From contig OZ024741.1 in assembly GCA_964016885.1 (NCBI GenBank), forward strand, positions 392,088,001 through 392,152,000: DNA of 64,000 nt, read 5' to 3'. Within the stretch, counting starts at the first letter, position 1. Every line of letters begins with the position of its first letter. This DNA is from Eledone cirrhosa (taxonomy: Eukaryota). The translations under genes were made by a program, and so were the position numbers. Below, one piece after another: positions 1 through 10,284 of this stretch. The notes beneath the pieces were generated by a model, which saw only the letters and a list, made by a program, of their open reading frames with translations, ran no database searches and was not told where the DNA came from.

Positions 1-909
1 TATGATAAAGTGCACCTAACCTACTCTGTACATTGGTAGTGTTGGTGCCATGATAAAGTGCACCTAACCTACTCTGTACATTGGTAGTGTTGGTGCCATA
101 ATAAAGTGCACCTAACCTACTCTGTGGTAGTGTTGGTGCCATGATAAAGTGCACCTAACCTACTCTGTGGTAGTGTTGGTGCCATGATAAAGTGCACCTA
201 ACCTACTCTGTGGTAGTGTTGGTGCCATGATAAAGTGCACCTAACCTACTCTGTACATTGCTAGTGTTGGTGCCATGATAAATTGCACCTAACCTACTCT
301 GTACATTGGTAGTGTTGGTGCCATAATAAAGTGCACCTAACCTACTCTATACATTGGTAGTGTTGGTGCCATAATAAAGTGCACCTAACCTACTCTGTGG
401 TAGTGTTGGTGCCATTATAAACTGCATCTAACCTACTCTATACATTGGTAGTGTTGATGCCATGATAAAGTGCACCTAACCTTCTCTGTGGTAGTGTTGG
501 TGCCATGATAAATTGCACCTAACCTACTCTGTGGTAGTGTTGGTGCCATGATAACATGCGCCTAACCTATTCTGTACATTGGTAGTGTTGGTGCCATGAT
601 AAAGTGCACCTAACCTACACTATACATTGGTAGTGTTGGTGCCATGATAAAGTACACCTAACCTACTCTGTACATTGGTAGTGTTGGTGCCATGATAAAG
701 TGCACCTAACCTACTCTGTACATTGGTAGTGTTGGTGCCATAATAAAGTGCACCTAACCTACTCTGTGGTAGTGTTGGTGCCATCATAAAGTGCACCTAA
801 CCTAATCTGTACATTGGTAGTGTTGGTGCCATGATAAAGTGCACCTAACCTACTCTGTGGTAGTGTTGGTGCCATGATAAAGTGAACCTAACCTACTCTG
901 TACATTGGT
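1..909. repeat. Minisatellite, 48-bp unit with a 43-bp deletion variant; runs off the window start
   Basis: Unit TGATAAAGTGCACCTAACCTACTCTGT(ACATT)GGTAGTGTTGGTGCCA starts at 3, 51, ...; about 19-20 copies. Confidence 0.97.
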
Positions 910-1277
910 CTGGGATCTTGTTGATCATTTCGATGAATTAATTGTAGTAAAAGGAATGTTATTATCAATGGGTTATAGGAAGATGAAGAGACCCACTTAC
1001 AATTTTACATCTAATGGCTCAGTTGAAAGGGCTGCACTCAAATATTTTGATCTTAAGGGAAGGAATTTCATCAACTATATTTTATAACCTGTTAAAAAGT
1101 AAATGAATAGATAATTAAGAATGGCTGTAAACCTATATTTTTAAATATGTGAAGATATGTATAAATCGTACATGCTGGAAAAAATACTGCATAGATTAAA
1201 AACGATGTTTGTCCATTGCAATTAGTATTAGTTGAGGCACTAGCACCTTTTATGTTAGGAGAATCAACTGTTGTAAT

Positions 1278-1569
1278 TGATTTAGTGCAATGGTTAATAC
1301 TGATTTAGTGCAATGGTTTATACTGATTTAGTGCAATGGTTAATACTGATTTAGTGCAATGGTTAATACTGATTTAGTGCAATGATTAATACTGATTTAG
1401 TGCAATGGTTAATACTGATTTAGTGCAATGATTAATACTGATTTAGTGCAATGATTAATACTGATTTAGTGCAATGGTTAATACTGATTTAGTGCAATGA
1501 TTAATACTGATTTAGTGCAATGGTTAATACTGATTTAGTGCAATGGTTAATACTGATTTAGTGCAATGG
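1278..1569. repeat. Minisatellite, 23-bp unit
   Basis: TACTGATTTAGTGCAATG(G/A)TTAA repeated about 12-13 times. Confidence 0.97.
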
Positions 1570-1894
1570 GATTTGAAGTCAGAATGTAAAGAACCATAAC
1601 TAAATTCTGCAAGACAATTTGTCTGATGCTTTAACAAGTCTGCTAATTAAAACTCTGAATATATAAGATTTTTCAGCAGCACTTAAAAGTTCCTTCTGGA
1701 GTTGATAAAATGTAGTACCAGTCATGTACTGCAGTTAGTCTAATTGATTTTCCCCTCTCCCTAGTACTTAACTGGTACTTTATTTTATTGACTCCAGATT
1801 CATAACATAGGTTTCAAATCGCATATAGTCGATTGACAATGCCAATTTTCTTTTATTTTCTCTATAGTTTACTTTCTCTATTAGTTTATTTACA

Positions 1895-2710
1895 ATTAGC
1901 TGAATTACCCGGCATTGCCTGGTTACTGCAGTTCTTATTCAGATTAGTAAACAATAAATATGAAAATATGTTTTTTTTTCTCATAATTATTTCAAAATAT
2001 CAATATTTTATTTTAAAAATATCAAAATTGTAATGATAATAGAATTTAGAAATGAAAATCTGTCAATCTTGAAGCACCTTAGGGTAAACAATATTCATTG
2101 TGCAATTTTTTGTTGGTATCCAAATGAATAAATTGTTGCTACACACTCACACACATACACTCTCACATACACATACTAAGACTAACACACACAGACATAC
2201 ATTCATGCAGACAAACGCATAGCTTTTCATCTCATTTTTTTATCAGTCGTCACATATGTATATGTATGTGTAGATGTGTGTGTGTGTATTTAATACATAT
2301 TCATATACAAAATGTGACGTGTTGTTTTCTATTGTTTTAATCCAAATCATCATCATCATCATCATTATCGTTTAACATCTATCTTCCACGCTAGCACGGG
2401 TTATACACTCACACACACACATACACTCTTACATACACTCACACACATATACACTCTCATATACACTCACACACACTCTCGCATACACTCACATACATAT
2501 ACTAAGACAGACATACATTTGCACACACCTATTACTTGTCTGTCAACACATATGTATCTGTATGTGTAGATGTGTGTGTGTGCTTAATTCTCTGAGGCCT
2601 AACGTATGTAACAAACTCGCAAACACACACACACTCACAGGTACATACACACTCATATACAAAATGTGACGTGGTGGTGGTGGGGGTTTACTATAGTTGA
2701 CTATAGAAAG
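1895..2710 (-). mobile_element. Non-autonomous Helitron-like element
   Basis: Minus strand ends ...AACCAGGCAATGCCGGGTAATTCAGCTAA-T (hairpin plus CTRR), resembling the 3' ends at 17359-17387 and 26030-26058; TC-rich 5' end near 2710; (CA)n-rich body. Confidence 0.55.
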
Positions 2711-3624
2711 ATCATTTTAGATAAAATGTTATATTGTTTTACTCCAAATGAAAATAAAAATTACATGTTGACACTCCTGCGGTCTAATAAAATTTGATTT
2801 GATTTGGTTGAACTGTTTGAGAATGCATTGGAACAGACAGAGAGACAAAGAATTATATATATGGAGAGATTGTATAAATAATATAAAGAAAAAAAGAAAA
2901 AAAAAAACATACAGAAGCAGGTAATACATACATCTTGGAACACATACAACAAAAGGCAAGCGAAAGGGGTGGACAAACAAACCACTGCCAGAACAAAAGA
3001 TAATAATATCGCAAGGAGTACTGAAAAACCTCTCTAATAATGTTTAAGGCAAGCAGCCTCACTTCCAGTAACTAATAAAAAATATGAGACCACCTGTGAC
3101 CCGTTGGATTACGTTCACTTAAAAATAATTTTAAATAATTAAAATATACACAGACATGTATATAATGTGAAATGAAACTGGAAGACCCATATATATACCT
3201 GTGTGTATATATAAATGTGTGTTTCTGTATACTTATATATATATGTATGTGTGTGTGTATATATATATATGTGGGTGTCTGCGATCTATATACACACCAC
3301 CACCACCAGCCCCCCCTCTCTCTCTGTCTCCTCTCCCTCTGTCTCTCTTTCAATCTACTCTCTCACAACCACTATCTCTTTCTCTCTCTCTCTGTTTATG
3401 AAGGTACCTGGAAAAACTCCATATCTCGGGAACCCGTGCTCCGATTTACACAAAATTTGTTTTATTCCATTTGTATTCCCATTTGAGGGTCAACTTCTTT
3501 CAAAGTATTTTCCCATTATGCGCCCTTTTGGCTGTATTACATTACAGACAAGCAAGCAGGCAATCAGAGTTTTAGTAATATACTACACCACCCGTGACCT
3601 GTTGGGGTCATGTTCACTTCAAAA

Positions 3625-4175
3625 TCATCATTATCATCATCATCATCATCATTTTACGTCCACTTTTCCCTCCTTACAAGTCCTATTCAGCACAGCATCT
3701 CTCCATTCATCACAGTCCTTAGTCATCTCCTCTGTGAGCTTCAGCAAATGGGGTCAGCTCTCACCACCTCCACCCATTATTTTCGTGGTCTTCCTCTACT
3801 GCGTCTTCCTTCCACTGGGATTTCTTGGTACTTCTTTACCCAGCAGTCATCCTCCATGCACATCACATGTCCATACCATCGCCGTCTTCACTCCCACACA
3901 CCACAACTTATCCCTCTTATACACAGTTTCTCTCTAAACTCGTCAATGCTTGGTTGTGCACGCACATTGACATTGCACATCCAATGGAGCATGCTTGCTT
4001 CATTTCTCTCCAGCCGTCGCATATCCTCTGCAGTTGCTGCCCATGTCTCACTACCATGCAGCATCGCTCATCTCACACAGGCATTTCGTTCGTAGGGAGA
4101 AACCCTTCTTTGTCAGCAGAGAAAGCAGCTCCTTAAAGACTCCCCTTTGTCCAGGTAAAATATCGATAAAATTGA
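3625..4175 (-). mobile_element. RTE-clade LINE 3' fragment (decayed RT C-terminus)
   Basis: Minus-strand translation gives FKELLSLLTKKGFSL, MLHGSETW, RRLERNEASMLHWMC, RWYGHV and GRRSRGRPRK; tail GGACGTAAAA(TGA)n. Confidence 0.85.
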
Positions 4176-4189
4176 CTTTGCACAGAAAA

Positions 4190-4267
4190 AAATCTCTATA
4201 TCTATAAAAATCAAATAGAAAGAGTGAGAGTGAAAGAAACAGACAGACTAAAAGAGGGGGATAGCGG

Positions 4268-4300
<33 letters not shown>

Positions 4301-4575
4301 AGACGCTGTGTTTGATACATGACAGTGGAAGAGGGGAAGGAAAGCTATAACTAATTAACATGTGTGCGTGCGCGCGTGTATGTGTTCGTGCAGCGTTTCA
4401 GTAAGAGTTAAATCTATTAACACGTGTGTGTACGTGCACACATGCGTGCGTGAATTTGCGTGCGTTTGAGAGTTTGCGTGCGTTTGAGCCTTTGCGCGCG
4501 CGCACGTGCGTGCATTTATATATATATATATGCACGCACGCGCGCGCGCGCAAACCCTCAAACGCACGCACGCAT
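4190..4575 (+). mobile_element. Probable 5' part of a non-autonomous Helitron-type repeat
   Basis: Starts A|TCTCTATATCTATAAAAATC; shares ACGCTGTGTTTGATACA and ATAACTA(A)TTAACAT segments with 20340-20600 upstream of Helitron B. Confidence 0.4.
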
Positions 4576-4664
4576 ATATATATATATTTATTAATATTTT
4601 GAAGTAATATATATATATATTACTTAAAAATATTAATAAATATAGACATTCATGTGATCAAATA

Positions 4665-4730
4665 TATTTTATTATACATATTTCAGAGGTACTGAGCTAT
4701 TTCATCAGTACGTCCTCATCAGATAAAATA
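4665..4730 (-). ncRNA. Minimal type I hammerhead ribozyme motif (HHR1)
   Basis: Minus strand: TATTTTAT-CTGATGA-GGAcGTACTGA(loop)TCAGTACcTCT-GAAA-TATGTA-TA-ATAAAATA; intact core with stems I and II. Confidence 0.85.
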
Positions 4731-4944
4731 AATTTATGTCTGACATACCTCAACTGTGCTGATGGTTCAATTGTGATTAGTTATGACAAAACTCAATATT
4801 TATATACCATAAGATGTAACATGAAAAACTACATATAATAAAGAGGGTATGTAGGAAGATGTGTATAAAAATATATAATAATAAATATATATAAAGGCAA
4901 GTAATATATATAAACATAAAACTACATAACTGTTAAAAATTTAA

Positions 4945-5137
4945 ATAATTGTTTCTACTTTTGGCACAAGGCCAGCAATTTTCCAGTGTATTACTGGTAC
5001 TTTATTTTATCGACCCCCGTAAGGATGAAAGGCAAAGTTAACCTCGGCGGGATTTGAACTCAGAATGGCAAGGGCCGTATATCTATGCGTCAAAGCATGG
5101 CGTCCGACCCTCTACCGATACTGCCAATTCAGCTCCG
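4945..5137 (-). mobile_element. tRNA-derived SINE (family 1)
   Basis: A box TGGCAGTATCGG, B box GAGTTCAAATCC, tail GTAGAAACAATTATT; homologous to 9878, 26971 and 27814 copies. Confidence 0.9.
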
Positions 5138-5982
5138 TATTATGGAGGGAGCAAATGAGAGAGGGAGAGAGCTAACAGGAGGAGAGAGAGAGAAAAGGAA
5201 AGAGAGATGATAGTAAAAATAAAGAAAGGGAGATATGTATGGTAACATATAATTACATGAGAAGGAGAATCAAGGTAGATGATGCGTGACCGTTTTTTTT
5301 CAAAACAATCAATTAATTAAATAACTTTAAATTTTTAGACTATAATATTTGGAAGAACCTATATTATTGTATTATATCAAAATTAAAACAAATATAAAGT
5401 GAAAAAGATAATTTAACATAACTCCAAGGGTAATCAAGAGTATATTTAAATTATTAAATATAGTCAATAATTTAGTTAGAAAGATTAAAATTAAAAATGT
5501 TATTAATTAACCATAAAGCTTATAAATGTAGTAAATATGATATTATTAAACCAGATTTATTTAGATATAAGCATTTGTATAGTTCATATATAAACTATAA
5601 GATTTAAATCGATATTTGTCAATTATATATAATATTAATTATTAGTTATAATTACACTTAAGAGTGTTATAAATTTGATTTAACTAAATTTTACTGTATT
5701 CATAATTATACATCAAGTTAAGTACAGATTATTAATCAATTTAGATAAAACGAAACTTTTATACGATAAATGTAAACAATATCCTCGTAAGACGTAAACA
5801 AACATTTAAAGTAATTAAACGGTTTACGAGTCTGAAGACATTACAGGTATCAAATTTATAAGATACAAGATTTAAAAATACGAAATCAAAACTAAATTTA
5901 TTTAAACATTATAATATATATGTAGGAGGTGAGTTTTATTGTAGTACAATAAAGCAATGCAGATATTGAAGCCTCTGAGATT

Positions 5983-7877
5983 ATGTCAAAACTTGGCATT
6001 GAAAAAAAGACCGAACCATTCCTCCCAAGAACTCCGAGGATAAATCTCAAGGATCACAAAAACAATTTTCGCACTGAACTACCTGTTAGATTAATCGCCC
6101 CCTCTAAATCTGATCTGGGGGTTGTTAGTAAAGCCATCTTGGATAGAATTATCCCACAGGTTCGTTCTAATTGCTCTTCTTTGAACTTAAATTTATGGTT
6201 TGGTACTTCTGAAGTGATTGGCTGGTTCAACAAATTGGATAATAAAAACAAACTAAAATTTATTCAATTTGATATTGCCAGCTACTATTCCTCCATTTCG
6301 CCTTCACTTCTCAATAATGCTCTATCTTTCGCACTTAAATATTCTGACATCACCACAGATGAACTTCACATCATCCTCACCGCACGTAAAACCATCCTAG
6401 AGTTCAACAACGAATATTGGACCAGAGCCGATACCTCTAACAACTTCGACATCACAATGGGAGCATCCGATTCATCCCAATTGACTGATTTAATTGGTAT
6501 CTTTATTTTGAACTCTTTGAGTCGGAAAATTCCCCAACTTCGCGGTGGAATTTATCGTGACGATGGACTCTTTACTATCTTAAATTGCAATATAGTTAAC
6601 CTTAATATTATTAAGAACAATATACGTAATCTCTTTAACCAACATAACCTAAAAATTGAATTTGATAACAATATCAAACTAGCTAATTTCTTGGATGTAT
6701 CTCTTAATCTTGACACTGGCCTATATTACCCTTACCATAAAAACAATGAGAACCTAAATTATGCTAACTTTAAATCTAACCATCCTACCAATATCAAGAA
6801 TGCTATAGTTAGTAATATTGGAAAAAGAATATCTAACATATCTTCTAATAAAAACATCTTTGATGCTAACGCCAATTACTATAATAACGCACTTTCTAAA
6901 GCCGGCTATCCTGATAAAATCAAATATAGTAAAGAAACAAATTCTAGAAGAACTTACAGTAGAATAATTAATCATGATCATTCCAATAACTTTAATAAAA
7001 GACCTAGATACAAAAACATAATCTGGTATAATGCTCCTTTCTCCATCTCTATTAATAACAATATTCCTAAATTATTCTTTAGTGCCTTAAATAAATGCTT
7101 CCCTCCCTCACATATCTATAGTAAAATATTTAACAAACACACCATAAAATTTTCTTATTCTACATCCTCCAATATTTCCAACATTATCTCTAAACACAAC
7201 AATAAAATACTAAATACTAAATCTCTTCCTTCCAACACTGAATTTCATAATAACAGTAATAGTACTCCCGACGTCATTGTAAACCCTAGGCTAATTTCTG
7301 TAAACCCAAATACAACGTCAAACACAACTTCGCTAAATGTTCATAATCCAACTCTAAATCAAGAAACTATTATTCCTATCGCAAACAACTTCTCCAATCC
7401 AATTCCTTCTATAGATAACACTAGGTCACTCATTAATAATCTCTCTAATTGCAACTGCCCTATTAAAAATAAATGTCCTCTCAACAACCATTGTCTTGAT
7501 AAAAACTTAATTTATGAATGTAAAGTTATAACTAGCACCAATTCCTTCACCTATTTTGGCTCCACTTCCACCTCTTTTAAAGCTCGTCTCTATAATCATC
7601 ATTCATCTTTTAAATACAAACTTAAAAGAACCAACACGGCTCTCTCAGAACTCATATGGTCCTTGAAAGACAAAAACATTAAATATACCATCTTTTGGAA
7701 GAAGGTTTCTTCTGCGTCTTCAAACTTGAACAGCTCTCTATCTAAAATCTGTAATCTCTGCCTAATGAAAAATTTACCATTATCTCTAATCTAGATTCTA
7801 TAATAAATAGACGTACAGATTTGTTTTCTATCTGCTTGCATAAATTCCATAAGACATTTCACAAAGTATACAGCTAA
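5983..7877 (+). pseudogene. PLE reverse transcriptase plus C-terminal GIY-YIG endonuclease; frameshift near 7767
   Basis: LKDHK, RLIAPSKSDLG, FDIASYY, TMGASD, YRDDGL, FLDV, SNHP; CNC..CPL..C linker; LIY..YFGST..R..NH; CNLC; C-terminus continues in another frame to HKVYS*. Confidence 0.92.
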
Positions 7878-8687
7878 TATTCAATTCTTTATCAATTTAG
7901 AATCTTTTCTCAAAGGCACATATACATACACCTCTTTTAAAATATACCCATCTTCCTACCTTACTTCAAAGGGTATTATACACTCTATAATACTTGTTTA
8001 CTCATTACCCTCACTCTATCTTCACCGTGTAAAATCCTTCGTAACATATACATTTGTTTTGACGCCAGATTATTCATCCTTAATTTATTATTTTTTTCTC
8101 CCCATCATCTAACTCATCCTTAATACATATTAACTCTTTCTTCGCACATATTATCAATTCCTTCAATATACAAACCTTAACATCACATTATTTTTCTCAA
8201 ATCCTTCAATACACAAACCTTAATAATTTTTTCTCTTCGTTAATTTTCAAATCTCCATAATACTTGTAAACATACACACATTTTTTTGACGTTAGAATAT
8301 TCATCCGCAATCCATTATTCTATCTCTCTATCATCAAACTTTTTAATCTCAATACATATTAACTCCTTCTCCTTCTTCGTACATATTTTTCCCTTCGTTA
8401 ATTTTCAAATTCTTTTAATTTATACATTATCTTCCAACGGTTTTCAACCTCTCTATGTAAAACAATATATCTTTTCTCAGTTATAAAAACTATCTCTTTC
8501 TCTCTATCACCCATCTCTCCCTCTCCACCTTCACTCTCATCTCCTCCCCTTTTTTCATCCTTTCCACCTCCCTCTCTAATTAAAATATTTTTCCCAATAT
8601 CACACATCAATCTAAAATTACTTCCCATATGTTGATTCAAAACTGCACTATCCACAAGTGTTTTTTAGCCTTCATATCATGTCCTCC

Positions 8688-8758
8688 TGTTTTATCTGAT
8701 GAAAACACAAATATTATTGCATGATGATGTTTGTTTTTGAAATGTACATAATAAAATA
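8688..8758 (+). ncRNA. Minimal type I hammerhead ribozyme motif (HHR2)
   Basis: TGTTTTAT-CTGATGA-long stem II-GAAA-TGTACA-TA-ATAAAATA. Confidence 0.85.
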
Positions 8759-8788
8759 CATGGAACTCCTTTAACCATCTTTTGATCT

Positions 8789-8834
<46 letters not shown>
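8789..8834. repeat. (TA)n microsatellite joining the two PLE 3' ends
   Basis: Near-pure TA run with inverted homologous flanks. Confidence 0.95.
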
Positions 8835-8837
<3 letters not shown>

Positions 8838-8866
8838 AGATCAAAATATGGTTAAAAGAGTTCCAA

Positions 8867-8939
8867 CTATTTTATTATGCGCATTTCAAAAACAAATATC
8901 ATCACGGGATGATATCTGTGTTCTGATCAGATAAAATAG
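8867..8939 (-). ncRNA. Hammerhead motif (HHR3) with core substitution CTGATCA
   Basis: Minus strand: CTATTTTAT-CTGATCA-stem II-GAAA-TGCGCA-TA-ATAAAATAG; G8 changed to C. Confidence 0.75.
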
Positions 8940-9877
8940 GGAGACATGATATGAAGCTTAAAAAACACTTGTGAATAGTGAAGTTTTAAATCAACATATG
9001 AAAAATAAATTAAGATTGATGTATGAGATTGGGAAAAAGTGAGGGGGGGGGCAAAGGTAAGGAAGAGGAAGAGATGAGAGTAAAGGATGTTGGAGGAGGA
9101 GTATAAGAAGGAAGGATGAGAGAGGAGGAGAGATGGGTGATAGAGAGAGAGAGAGAGATAGCCTTTACAACTGAGAAAAAAAAATATTGTCTCACAGAGA
9201 GAAATTAAAAAGCAGTTGGAAGATAATAGATAATTTAAAAGATTTTGAAATTAAAAGTTAATGAGGTTTATGCATGAAGAAAAAGGAATTAAGAATGGTA
9301 TTAAATTAAGGTTTGTATATTGAAGGGTTTAATAATATGTGCGAGGAAAAGAATTTATTAATATGTATTATTAAAATAAAAATATTAATGTTATTAAGGA
9401 TATAATGTGAAAAGAAGGAGAAGAATGAATGAGTTATGAATTTAAAGGAATTAGTTAGGGTTTAAGTTTGTTTTTATTCAATGTAATATGTGTATGTAAA
9501 TAGTTCGTTTAAAATGAGCGCGGAAGGAAAGAAGAAAAGAATGCTTAATGAAGAAAATATCTAACATCAAAAAGTATATATGTTTACGAAATATTTTCTA
9601 ATGGTAATAATATAACATATTAAAAGAAATTAGTTAGGGTTTAAGTTAGTTTTTATGTATTGTAATATGTAAAAGTCAAATTAAGTAGTAGTTTAAAACG
9701 AGCATGAAAGGATGGGGGATATAAGAAAAATTTAAGGAAGAAAAAAATCTAACGTCAAAAAATTATGTTTACGAAGGACTTCTAATGGTAATACTATAAT
9801 GTATTAAAAAAATAATTTTTATGACCAATGATATGAGGAAAGATGGAAGAATGGATAATGTTGTGGTGAGTAATAAT

Positions 9878-10055
9878 TGTTTCTACTTTAGGCACAAGGC
9901 CAGCAATTACCCAGTGCATTACTGGTACTTTATTTTATCGACCCCGTAAGGATGAAAGGCAAAGTCAACCTCGGCGGGATTTGAACTCAGATCGTAAAGG
10001 GACGTAACTATGCTGGAAAGCATGGCGTCCGACCCTCTACCGATACTGCCAATCC
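9878..10055 (-). mobile_element. tRNA-derived SINE (family 1) with TSD
   Basis: TSD GAGTAATAAT at 9868-9877 and 10056-10065; A and B boxes. Confidence 0.92.
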
Positions 10056-10284
10056 GAGTAATAATAAGAATTGAGAAGTAGTTGGGAAGAAAAAGTACAG
10101 ACTAGAGGTTAGAAATTAAAAAGAAAAAAGGAAGAAAGGAAAATGATAAAGAGGAATGATATAGAATGAGAAAATTGTATTATATAATATATAATATTGA
10201 AATAAGGTAGAAAGATGGGTATATTTGTAAAAGATATATAAGCCTTTGAGAAAAAGGATTTTAAACTAGTAAGGTATTGAGATA

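Larger units (their letters stand above)
4590..5915 (-). mobile_element. Penelope-like element 3' UTR/pLTR fragment ending in (TA)n
   Basis: Carries a hammerhead; 4630-4770 is homologous to 12672-12820; AT-rich; abuts TA repeats; no ORF. Confidence 0.6.
5921..8790 (+). mobile_element. Penelope-like retroelement copy 1 (Naiad-like), 5' incomplete
   Basis: RT-GIY-YIG ORF, ~0.9-kb pyrimidine-rich 3' UTR, terminal hammerhead, ends in (TA)n. Confidence 0.9.

Noticed and set aside
2729-4567. Short ORFs rich in YI/CV/SL/H runs
   Set aside because: Products of (TA)n, (CA)n, (GA)n and (CAT)n microsatellites or the antisense of an RTE fragment
9440-9800. TTAGGG motifs suggesting telomeric repeats
   Set aside because: Single copies within a ~180-bp local duplication in the PLE 3' UTR, not a tandem array
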